The notes under the pieces: model-generated
The model's database searches: none
Told to the model about the DNA's origin: nothing
What the model saw: only the letters and a program-made list of their open reading frames with translations
Part shown: in pieces, positions 23,331 through 32,000 of the stretch
Position numbering within the stretch: the first letter of the stretch is position 1
How the letters are laid out: every line of letters starts with the position of its first letter
From: Candidatus Saccharimonadota bacterium
Lineage (GTDB): Bacteria; Pseudomonadota; Gammaproteobacteria; Enterobacterales; Enterobacteriaceae
Assembly (NCBI RefSeq): GCF_012571795.1
Contig: NZ_CP046222.1
Location: 330,819-362,818, forward strand
DNA length: 32,000 bases
Direction: 5' to 3'
Program-made: the position numbers and the translations under genes

Positions 23331-24431
23331 ATGACTTATACAGTATTAGCAAGAAAATGGCGACCTCAATCATTTAATGATGTAATTGGACAAGATCATA
23401 TAATACAAGCTATGAAATATAGCTTATTAACAAATAAAATACATCATGCTTGGATTCTTTCTGGTAGTAGAGGAATTGGTAAAACAACATTAGCAAGAAT
23501 TTTTGCAATGGGTCTAAATTGTAAAAAAGGCTTAACGAATAATCCATGTAATTGTTGTACAAATTGTAAGGATATTCAAAACAACGTTTTTTTAGATGTT
23601 ATTGAATTAGATTCAGCTTTTAAAACTAAAGTAGAAGATATGAGAGATATCATAGATACAATTCACTATCCTCCTCTGTATGGTAGATATAAAGTATATA
23701 TTTTTGATGAATTTCATATGTTATCTAAACATAGTTTTAATGCTTTATTAAAAATTTTAGAAGAACCACCAAAAAATGTACAATTTATTTTTGCAACTAC
23801 TGAATTAAATAAAATTCCTATAACAATACAATCAAGATGCATACAATTTCATTTAAAATTAATAGAATCCAATTTAATTATTAAAAGATTAAAACAAATA
23901 TTAGATATAGAAAAATTATCATATGATAATCAAATATTACCAATTTTATCAAATGCTTCTTATGGTAGTTTCAGAGATGCATTAAATTTAACAGATCAAT
24001 TAATTGCTATGGGTCATTTAAATATAAATAATTTAAATTTAATATTAGGATTAATTGAAAATAAATATATATTTCAATTAGTATTTAGTTTAAAACAAAA
24101 AAATTATAATCAATCTTTTTTATTAATAAATAAAATATGTATTTATAATATAAATTGGGATAATATTATTTCAGAAATATTATTATTATTACATAATGTT
24201 TTAAAATATAAAATATTATATTCTCAACATAATAAGTTTAATATCGATAATAGTATACAATGTAATAAAGAAGAAATATATATAAAAAAAATTTGTGATA
24301 ATTTTTCTTTGAATGATATTAACATGTTAAATAAAATATTTATTGTAGGAAGAAAAAATTTATGTTTAGCACCCACATGTCAAATTGGTTTTGAACAAAT
24401 TATTTTAGAAGCTATATCATGTTTTAATTAA
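23331..24431 (+). CDS. dnaX: DNA polymerase III clamp-loader subunit DnaX, short form (domains I-III only)
   Basis: 366 aa. LARKWRPQxFxDVxGQxH, SGxRGxGKTTxAR (Walker A), the Zn module CNCCTNC, IFDExHMLSxHSFNALLKxLEEPP and the SRC motif (QSRCIQF). The ORF ends where E. coli domain III ends. Confidence 0.93.
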   Translation: MTYTVLARKWRPQSFNDVIGQDHIIQAMKYSLLTNKIHHAWILSGSRGIGKTTLARIFAMGLNCKKGLTNNPCNCCTNCKDIQNNVFLDVIELDSAFKTKVEDMRDIIDTIHYPPLYGRYKVYIFDEFHMLSKHSFNALLKILEEPPKNVQFIFATTELNKIPITIQSRCIQFHLKLIESNLIIKRLKQILDIEKLSYDNQILPILSNASYGSFRDALNLTDQLIAMGHLNINNLNLILGLIENKYIFQLVFSLKQKNYNQSFLLINKICIYNINWDNIISEILLLLHNVLKYKILYSQHNKFNIDNSIQCNKEEIYIKKICDNFSLNDINMLNKIFIVGRKNLCLAPTCQIGFEQIILEAISCFN

Positions 24432-24541
24432 AATTTATATATTATATTTTATAAAAAATTTTTTGTTGTATCTATTAATTAATATTTTTAATTTTTTGAT
24501 ATATAATCATATTTATCATTATTATTATAAGAGAAAACATA

Positions 24542-26422
24542 ATGCCAAAACCAGAAATTAAACAATTTCAATCTGAAGTTAAACAATTATTACATTTAAT
24601 GATACATTCTTTATATTCAAATAAAGAAATTTTTTTAAGAGAATTAATATCAAATGCATCTGATGCGGCTGATAAATTAAGATTCCAAGCATTATCTAAT
24701 GATAAATTATATGAAAATAATACTTCATTAAAAATTCAAATTAAAATAAATAAAACAGATAAAACTATTATTATTAGTGATAATGGCATTGGCATGTCAT
24801 ATCATGAGGTTATTGAAAATTTAGGTACTATTGCAAAATCAGGTACTAAAGAATTTATTGAATCTATTAAAAATAATCAAAATAAAGATAATACACAATT
24901 AATAGGACAATTCGGAGTAGGTTTTTACTCTGCTTTTATAGTTTCTGATGAAGTAATAGTTAAAACTAGAGCAGCTGGTTTAAATATTAATAAAGGAGTA
25001 TTATGGTGTTCACAAGGTGAAGGTGAATATAGTATTTCTTATTGTGAAAAAAAAACACGTGGTACACATATTACATTAAAAATTCGTGATAATGCTAGTG
25101 AATTTTTAGACACATGGCGTATTAAAAATATTATTAGTAAATATTCAGATCATATTTCTTTGCCTATAGAACTTGAAGTATATGATGATAAAACAAAAAA
25201 AAATGTATGGGAACAAATTAATAAAGCACAAGCAATATGGTTACGTAATAAAACAGAAATTAGTGATAATGAATATAAAGAATTTTATAAACAATTAACT
25301 TATGATTCTACAGATCCAATGTATTGGAGTCATAATCATGTTGAAGGAAAACAAGAATATATTAGTTTATTATATATTCCTACTAATGTACCGTGGGATA
25401 TCAGGAATAGAGATTATAAAAATGGATTAAAACTTTATGTACAAAGAGTATTTATTATGGAAGATGCAGAACAATTATTACCTAAATATTTAAGATTTGT
25501 TAGAGGTTTAATTGATTCTAATGATTTACCATTAAATATTTCTAGAGAAATTTTACAAAATAATAATATTATTCGTAATATGAAAATTTTGTTAACAAAA
25601 AAAGTTTTAAATATGTTATTAAAAATTACCAAAATAGATAATTTATATAATACTTTTTGGAAAAAATTTGGATTAGTCTTAAAAGAAGGACCAGCAGAAG
25701 ATATTAATAATAAGGATACTATTATTAAATTATTGCGTTTTGCTTCTACAAATAATAATAATGATGAACAAATAGTATCATTACAAGATTATATAAATAG
25801 AATGGTTACAGGACAAAAAAAAATATATTTTTTAACTGCTGATAATTATATTACAGCAAAAAGTAGTCCACATTTAGAATTTTTTATTAAAAAAGGAATT
25901 GAAGTTCTATTATTAACAGATCACATTGATGAATGGATGATGAGTTATATTACAGAATTTATGGGTAAACCATTACAATCTATTAGTAAAAAAGATGAAT
26001 CATTAAATGAATTAATAGATCAAGATAATACAAAAGATATAAATCAAATAGAAAAAGAATTTGAACCTTTTTTAAAAAAAATTCAAAAACTTTTAGGTAA
26101 TAAAGTAAAAAAAGTTTGTTTAACAAATCGTTTAGTACATACTCCTGCTATTGTTACTACAGATGTTAATGAAATGAGTACACAAATGGCAAAATTATTT
26201 GCAGCAGCTGGACAAAGCACTCCTGAAATTAAATATAATTTTGAATTAAATCCTAAACATGATTTAATTAAAAAAATTATGAAAATAATAGATGATAATA
26301 TTTTTAATAAACTAATTAATCTACTATTAGATGAAGCTATTCTAGCAGAAAAAGGTACATTAGAAAATCCTAATCAATTTATAAATAATATAAATTATTT
26401 TTTATCTTTATCTAATTTATAA
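24542..26422 (+). CDS. htpG: Chaperone HtpG (Hsp90 family)
   Basis: 626 aa. [40 protein letters not shown], [11 protein letters not shown], [41 protein letters not shown]. Confidence 0.97.
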   Translation: MPKPEIKQFQSEVKQLLHLMIHSLYSNKEIFLRELISNASDAADKLRFQALSNDKLYENNTSLKIQIKINKTDKTIIISDNGIGMSYHEVIENLGTIAKSGTKEFIESIKNNQNKDNTQLIGQFGVGFYSAFIVSDEVIVKTRAAGLNINKGVLWCSQGEGEYSISYCEKKTRGTHITLKIRDNASEFLDTWRIKNIISKYSDHISLPIELEVYDDKTKKNVWEQINKAQAIWLRNKTEISDNEYKEFYKQLTYDSTDPMYWSHNHVEGKQEYISLLYIPTNVPWDIRNRDYKNGLKLYVQRVFIMEDAEQLLPKYLRFVRGLIDSNDLPLNISREILQNNNIIRNMKILLTKKVLNMLLKITKIDNLYNTFWKKFGLVLKEGPAEDINNKDTIIKLLRFASTNNNNDEQIVSLQDYINRMVTGQKKIYFLTADNYITAKSSPHLEFFIKKGIEVLLLTDHIDEWMMSYITEFMGKPLQSISKKDESLNELIDQDNTKDINQIEKEFEPFLKKIQKLLGNKVKKVCLTNRLVHTPAIVTTDVNEMSTQMAKLFAAAGQSTPEIKYNFELNPKHDLIKKIMKIIDDNIFNKLINLLLDEAILAEKGTLENPNQFINNINYFLSLSNL

Positions 26423-26431
26423 TTTTTATAA

Positions 26432-26461
26432 GATAAGATAATATTTTAATATTATCTTATC
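26432..26461 (+). terminator. Candidate intrinsic terminator of htpG
   Basis: Perfect 13-bp inverted repeat gataagataatat (26432..26444) / atattatcttatc (26449..26461) with loop ttta. It starts 10 nt after the htpG stop and is followed by the T-rich atttcttat. It stands out from surrounding low-complexity sequence because it contains G:C pairs. Confidence 0.45.
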
Positions 26462-26720
26462 ATTTCTTATATAAACAAGAATAATATATTTAATATATAT
26501 AATTTTATTTATTATCTTTTCTATATTTTTTGTATAAATATTATAAGTTATATGAATTAATATGATATATATTAATTATAAATATTAATTTATATATATT
26601 TAAAAATATTTTATATATAGTATTTTATAAAATATATAATCAATCCTATAATTTAGTTGATTTTATATATTTTATATAATGTTTTTTAATATGAATTTTA
26701 ACTTAGTATATAGAGATAAA

Positions 26721-27251
26721 ATGGCAGAAAAAAGAAATATATTTTTAATAGGACCTATGGGTGCAGGTAAAAGTACTATTGGACGTCAATTAGCACATCT
26801 ATTAAATATGGATTTTTTTGATTCAGATTATGAGATTGAACGCCGTACAGGTGCAGATATAAATTGGGTGTTTGATGTAGAAGGAGAATCTGGCTTTAGA
26901 AAACGTGAAAAAAAAATAATTGATGAAATTACTCAAAAACAAGGTATTATATTAGCAACAGGAGGAGGATCAGTACTGTCTCATAGTACTAGAAAAATAT
27001 TATCTTCTAGAGGAATTGTAATATATTTACAAACAACTATAGATAAACAATTAAGTAGAACAAAGAGAGATAAAAAACGTCCTTTAATTAATCAAAAAGA
27101 TCAAATTACACAAATAAAAATTTTTGAAAAATTAGCTAAAGAACGGAATCATTTATATAATAGTATAGCTGATATTATTATTAAAACTGATGAATATAGC
27201 GCTAAAGTTGTTGCTAATCAACTTATTAGTTTAATAAATAAAAATATATAA
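26721..27251 (+). CDS. aroK: Shikimate kinase I
   Basis: Homology to E. coli AroK begins at [25 protein letters not shown] (ATG 26721). The track ORF start at 26679 adds 14 unsupported codons. TGGGSV, RDKKRPL and SAKVVANQ are conserved. Confidence 0.93.
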   Translation: MAEKRNIFLIGPMGAGKSTIGRQLAHLLNMDFFDSDYEIERRTGADINWVFDVEGESGFRKREKKIIDEITQKQGIILATGGGSVLSHSTRKILSSRGIVIYLQTTIDKQLSRTKRDKKRPLINQKDQITQIKIFEKLAKERNHLYNSIADIIIKTDEYSAKVVANQLISLINKNI

Positions 27252-27268
27252 TAAGGACTATAATATAA

Positions 27269-28366
27269 ATGATGGATTCTCTTATAGTATCAACCACAAA
27301 ACATAAATATCCGATTATTATTGACTTTAATTTGTTTAATAAAAAAGATTTATTTAATTTTTTACAAATACAAAGTCAAGTTATGATAGTAACTAATAAA
27401 ATTATTTTTGATTTATATTTTCAACAACTTGCTGAATTACTGAATATAATAGGAATTAATTACAATTATATTCTTATCCCAGAAGGGGAACAATATAAAA
27501 ACTTAAAAACTCTAAATATTATTTTTACAAAATTAATTCAAAAAAAATGTAATAGAGATTCTATATTAATAGCTTTAGGTGGTGGTGTTATTGGTGATTT
27601 AACAGGATTAGCAGCGTCTCTATATCAGAGAGGTATAAGATTTATTCAAATTCCTACGACACTTTTAGCACAAGTTGATGCTTCTATAGGTGGTAAAACT
27701 GCTGTAAATCATATTTTAGGTAAAAATATGATAGGTAGTTTTTATCAACCTATATCTGTTTTAATTAATTTAAGTTGTTTATGTAGTTTATCAAAACGAG
27801 AATTATCTGCAGGTATTGCAGAAATTATTAAATATAGTATTATTTTTGATAAAGATTTTTTTTATTGGTTAGAATTAAATATACAAAATATATTAAATCT
27901 AGAACCAATATCAATAAAATATTGTGTATTTAAATGTTGTGAATTAAAAGCTAAAATTGTTGAAAAAGACGAATATGAAAACAATCAAAGAGCTTTATTA
28001 AATTTAGGACATACGTTCGGTCATGCAATTGAAACAGAAGTAGGATATGGTACATGGTTGCATGGTGAAGCAATATCAGTAGGTATAATATTATCTTCTT
28101 TAATATCAGAAGAATTACAATTATTTAAACATAAAGAAACCATAAGAATTATTAATTTACTAAAAATGTGTAATTTACCTATAAAATGTCCAAATAATAT
28201 TAATATAAAAAATTTTTTAAAACATATATTAGTAGATAAAAAGGTTTATAATAATAATGTTCGTATTATTATTCCTATAAATATAGGTAAAGCCATTATA
28301 TTTAATAAAATTAATACTGATATTATAATTACATCTTTTAATAGATTACAAAATTTAAAAATTTAA
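27269..28366 (+). CDS. aroB: 3-dehydroquinate synthase
   Basis: 365 aa. PxGEQYKxL, LGGGVIGDLTGxAAxxYQRGxRFIQxPTTLLxQVDxSxGGKTAVNH, LGKNMIGxFYQP, LNLGHTFGHAIE, WLHGEA. The start could be 27269 or 27272 (MM). Confidence 0.93.
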   Translation: MMDSLIVSTTKHKYPIIIDFNLFNKKDLFNFLQIQSQVMIVTNKIIFDLYFQQLAELLNIIGINYNYILIPEGEQYKNLKTLNIIFTKLIQKKCNRDSILIALGGGVIGDLTGLAASLYQRGIRFIQIPTTLLAQVDASIGGKTAVNHILGKNMIGSFYQPISVLINLSCLCSLSKRELSAGIAEIIKYSIIFDKDFFYWLELNIQNILNLEPISIKYCVFKCCELKAKIVEKDEYENNQRALLNLGHTFGHAIETEVGYGTWLHGEAISVGIILSSLISEELQLFKHKETIRIINLLKMCNLPIKCPNNINIKNFLKHILVDKKVYNNNVRIIIPINIGKAIIFNKINTDIIITSFNRLQNLKI

Positions 28367-28393
28367 AAACATTATTATTTCCATAAAATACAT

Positions 28394-29059
28394 ATGAAAA
28401 AATATTTAATTGCAGCATCTATTTTATCCGCTAATTTTGCATGTTTAGGACAAGATATTAATAATGTTTTAACAGCAGGAGCAGATCTTATACATTTTGA
28501 TGTTATGGATAATCATTATGTCCCAAATCTTACATTTGGGCCAATGGTTTTACAATCTTTAAGAGATTATGGTATTACATCTAATATTGATGTACATTTA
28601 ATGACAAAATCAGTAGATAATTTAATTATTTCATTTGCTAAATCTGGTGCTAATTGTATTATTTTTCATCCAGAAAATTCATATCATATTGATCGTAGTT
28701 TATCTTTAATAAAGGAATATGGTTGTAAGGCTGGTTTAGCATTAAATCCTACAACTTCTTTACATTATTTAGATTATACTTTAGACAAAATAGATATAAT
28801 ATTAATTATGTCAGTTAATCCAGGTTTTGCAGGACAGTTATTTTTACCTTTTATTTATAAAAAAATAAAACAAGTAAAAAATATATTAAATCATAATAAC
28901 AATAATATTTTATTAAGTATTGATGGAGGCATTAATATTAATAATATTAATAAAATAGTTAATTATGGTGCTGATATATTAGTAATGGGATCTGCTATTT
29001 TTAATAATCAACATTCTTATATAAAAAATATACAATTAATCAGAAAATATATAAAATAA
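28394..29059 (+). CDS. rpe: Ribulose-phosphate 3-epimerase
   Basis: 221 aa. YLIAxSILSAxFAxLG, [29 protein letters not shown], DVHLM, MSVNPGFxGQ, DGGI. Confidence 0.95.
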   Translation: MKKYLIAASILSANFACLGQDINNVLTAGADLIHFDVMDNHYVPNLTFGPMVLQSLRDYGITSNIDVHLMTKSVDNLIISFAKSGANCIIFHPENSYHIDRSLSLIKEYGCKAGLALNPTTSLHYLDYTLDKIDIILIMSVNPGFAGQLFLPFIYKKIKQVKNILNHNNNNILLSIDGGININNINKIVNYGADILVMGSAIFNNQHSYIKNIQLIRKYIK

Positions 29060-29100
29060 TATGTTAAATTATTAAAATTTTGTAATAGGATTTATATTTT

Positions 29101-30108
29101 ATGTCACAAAAATCAATTGTTTTTAGTGGTATTCAACCAACTGGTGAATTAACTATTGGTAATTATATTGGTGCATTAAGTCAATGGAAACTAATGCAAA
29201 AAAAATATTTTTGTATATATTGTATTGCAGATTTACATGCCTTAACAAATATACAACATAATAATGTATTACAAAATAATATTTTAGATACATTATCAAT
29301 ATTATTAGCTTGTGATATTGATCCTTTAAAAAATATTATTTTTTTACAATCTGATATTCCATATCATAATCAATTAAATTGGATTTTAAATTGTTTTACA
29401 CACTTTGGTGAATTAAATAGAATGACTCAATTTAAAAATAAAAAAATATATAATCAACAAATTAATGTTGGTTTATTTAATTATCCTATATTAATGGCAT
29501 CAGATATTTTATTATATCAAGCAACTAAAATTCCAGTAGGTAAAGATCAAATACAACATTTAGAATTAACAAGAACTATTGCTAATAGATTTAATAATAT
29601 TTATGGTAAAATATTTAATATACCAACACAAATAGTTAAAAAATATGGTAATTCTATTATGTCTTTATTAAATCCTCTAAAAAAAATGTCTAAATCAGAT
29701 ACTAATAAAAATAATATTATTAGTTTATTTGATAATAATACAACAGTTAAAAAAAAAATTTTACATGCAGTTACAGATTCTGACAATCCACCATTAATTA
29801 TATATAATACAAAATCTAAACCTGGTATTTCTAATTTATTAAATATATTAAGTAATATAACTAATATTTCAATTAAAAAATTGGAAATACAATTCCATAA
29901 TAAATCATATATGGATTTTAAATTTTATTTAGTAGAAAAATTATGCACATTTTTAACTAATTTAAGAAAAAAATATAATTTTTATAGACAAAACGAAGAA
30001 TATTTAAATAATATACTTAATAATGGTTCTAAAAAAGCAAAAACACAAGCTTTAATAACATTAAATAAAGTATATAAATCATTAGGAATAAGACAAAAAT
30101 CTGATTAA
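29101..30108 (+). CDS. trpS: Tryptophan--tRNA ligase
   Basis: 335 aa. IVFSGxQPxGELTIGNYxGAL (HIGH-class motif), FGELxRMTQFK, PVGxDQxQHLELxRxIAxRFN, KKMSKSD (KMSKS). Confidence 0.95.
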   Translation: MSQKSIVFSGIQPTGELTIGNYIGALSQWKLMQKKYFCIYCIADLHALTNIQHNNVLQNNILDTLSILLACDIDPLKNIIFLQSDIPYHNQLNWILNCFTHFGELNRMTQFKNKKIYNQQINVGLFNYPILMASDILLYQATKIPVGKDQIQHLELTRTIANRFNNIYGKIFNIPTQIVKKYGNSIMSLLNPLKKMSKSDTNKNNIISLFDNNTTVKKKILHAVTDSDNPPLIIYNTKSKPGISNLLNILSNITNISIKKLEIQFHNKSYMDFKFYLVEKLCTFLTNLRKKYNFYRQNEEYLNNILNNGSKKAKTQALITLNKVYKSLGIRQKSD

Positions 30109-30743
30109 CGAGTACCATATACAATAATTGTTTTACCTTTTGCAGATATAATATTATTATTTTCTAAAATTTTTAATATTCTACCTACTGTTTCTCGTGA
30201 ACAACCAACTATTTTCCCTATTTCTTGTCTAGTAATTTTAATCTGCATACCATCTGGATGCGTAATTGCTTCAGGTAATTGTGCTAAATGTAATAATGTA
30301 ATATTAATTCTTTGTTGTACATTCAAAAAAATTAAATCTCTAATTTTTTTAGAAATAAAATATAATCTATTTGCTATTTGTGAAGCAATTGTCATAATAA
30401 TATTATTATTAATTTTAATTAAATTTAAAAACTTTTGATAAGATATTACTGCAACTTCACATTCTGTTTTAGATTTTACTAATGTTGTACTTAATTTATT
30501 AATATTATCAAAAATTCCTAATGTCCCTATAAAATTTCCAGAATTTAAATAGTATAAAATAATTTCTTTATTATTGTTTTTATTATGCATTAGAACTGTT
30601 ACACTTCCCTTTAAAATATAATACACATTTTGTACTATGTCACCTTGATTTATTAAAATTTTTTTAGCAGAATATTTTTGAATACTACAGTAAGATAGAA
30701 ACCATGTTAAAGTAGGATCTTTTTGTGATTTAAATACTATCAT
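30105..30743 (-). CDS. crp: CRP-family transcriptional regulator (cAMP receptor protein orthologue)
   Basis: 212 aa, collinear with E. coli CRP end to end. DPTLxWFLSxC, YYIxKGSVxVL, and a C-terminal THPDGMQIKITRQEIGxIVGCSRETVGRILKxLE...GKTIxVYGTR helix-turn-helix almost identical to E. coli. Confidence 0.9.
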   Translation of the reverse strand: MIVFKSQKDPTLTWFLSYCSIQKYSAKKILINQGDIVQNVYYILKGSVTVLMHNKNNNKEIILYYLNSGNFIGTLGIFDNINKLSTTLVKSKTECEVAVISYQKFLNLIKINNNIIMTIASQIANRLYFISKKIRDLIFLNVQQRINITLLHLAQLPEAITHPDGMQIKITRQEIGKIVGCSRETVGRILKILENNNIISAKGKTIIVYGTR

Positions 30744-30849
30744 GTAATTATCCTTACTTGAATTATATAAATATAATTACATATATTTTAAATAAAACAT
30801 ACAAAATGTTTATTATTTATACTTAATTATACATTAATATTATATAGTA

Positions 30850-30925
30850 TGCTGATACCCAGAATTGAACTGGGAACCTTGCCCATACCAAGAGCATGCT
30901 CTTACCTATTTTGAGCTATATCAGC
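30850..30925 (-). tRNA. thrT: tRNA-Thr (anticodon GGU)
   Basis: The reverse complement gctgata-ta-gctc...gagc-a-tgctc-ttGGTat-gggca-aggtt-cccag-ttcaatt-ctggg-tatcagc-a folds as a cloverleaf. The acceptor stem is identical to E. coli thrT. No encoded CCA. Confidence 0.9.
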
Positions 30926-30956
30926 AAAATATTTATAAAAATTATTTAATTAATAA

Positions 30957-31030
30957 TGGAGCAGACAGCGGGAATCGAACCCGCATCATTAGCTTGGAAG
31001 GCTAAAGTAATACCATTATACAATGTCTGC
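30957..31030 (-). tRNA. glyT: tRNA-Gly (anticodon UCC)
   Basis: The reverse complement is gcagaca-tt-gtataatggtattac-t-ttagc-ctTCCaa-gctaa-tgatgcgggttcgattcccgc-tgtctgc-t-cca. It closely resembles E. coli glyT. The CCA is encoded. Confidence 0.9.
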
Positions 31031-31052
31031 AAATGAAAGACATTAATAGATA

Positions 31053-31137
31053 TGGTGGTGGGAGAAGGATTCGAACCTTCGAAGTCAAAAACGACAGATT
31101 TACAGTCTGTTCCCGTTAACCACTTGGGTATCCCACC
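31053..31137 (-). tRNA. tyrU: tRNA-Tyr (anticodon GUA), long variable arm
   Basis: The reverse complement is ggtggga-ta-cccaagtggttaacggga-a-cagac-tGTAaat-ctgt...long variable arm...gaagg-ttcgaat-ccttc-tcccacc-a-cca. The CCA is encoded. Confidence 0.9.
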
Positions 31138-31165
31138 AATTTTAAAATATAAAAACAGCATTTTA

Positions 31166-31238
<73 letters not shown>

Positions 31239-31290
31239 ATATTATAATAAAAAAAGATATTTTATTAAAAATACTGATAAAGTTTTACTC

Positions 31291-31413
31291 TGATCCTAGT
31301 ATTTTCCTACTCTTACATGGGGAAACCCCATACTACCATCGGCACTACAACGTTTCACTTCTGAGTTCGGTATGGATTCAGGTGGTACCATTGCGTTATA
31401 TATACTAGGATCA
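31291..31413 (-). rRNA. rrf: 5S ribosomal RNA
   Basis: The window reads ...cctactcttacatggggaaaccccatactaccatcggcactacaacgtttcacttctgagttcggtatgg..., the reverse complement of the conserved 5S core (CCGAACTCAGAAGTGAAACG, GATGGTAGT..GGGG..CCCCATG). The terminal helix tgatcctagta/tactaggatca closes the molecule. Confidence 0.9.
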
Positions 31414-31475
31414 AAATTAAATTATATAATCTAATTTTAAATAAGTTACAATAATAAAAACGATTCTGGTGTTGT

Positions 31476-32000
<525 letters not shown>

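Noticed and set aside
26679-26720. Upstream extension of the aroK ORF ([14 protein letters not shown]). Similar small extensions occur on rpsG (16962..16973) and tuf (TTG at 14280..14282).
   Set aside because: The orthologous N-termini (MAEKRNIF..., MPRRR..., MSKEKFER...) begin at the internal ATGs. The upstream codons are unsupported.
30946-31161. 71-aa minus-strand ORF.
   Set aside because: It is made up of the tRNA-Gly and tRNA-Tyr genes and their spacers, and the relatively GC-rich tRNA sequence happens to be open. It is not a protein gene.

Overview
Core housekeeping region of an extremely A+T-rich, reduced gammaproteobacterial genome, by eye an Enterobacterales-derived obligate insect endosymbiont. 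Wigglesworthia-like is only a guess. Every long ORF is a recognisable E. coli orthologue. In order: rlmE (partial), dut, then on the minus strand rpoC-rpoB-rplL-rplJ-rplA-rplK-nusG-secE-tuf-fusA-rpsG-rpsL-tusB-tusC-tusD-fkpA-asd-ung. On the plus strand: rpsF-rpsR-rplI, the 4.5S/SRP RNA, dnaX, htpG, aroK-aroB-rpe-trpS. On the minus strand again: crp, a thrT-glyT-tyrU-thrU tRNA cluster, 5S rRNA and the 3' end of 23S rRNA. I saw no mobile elements, CRISPR arrays, defence islands or orphan ORFs, so this is an ordinary region, not an accessory one. The one real anomaly is at the right edge. The minus-strand 23S gene is collinear with E. coli 23S only up to 31859. From 31860 the sequence is 23S again but in the opposite orientation and about 620 nt out of register (helix-69 region onward). 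This is either an intragenic inversion or foldback of the rRNA gene, or an assembly or concatenation artefact. Lesser observations: a CRP with an intact DNA-binding helix but substituted cAMP-pocket residues, a single tuf fusing the str operon to secE-nusG-rplKAJL-rpoBC, an expanded FkpA, a gamma-length dnaX, and several clean gene-loss scars. All comparisons to E. coli are from memory; nothing was computed or searched.
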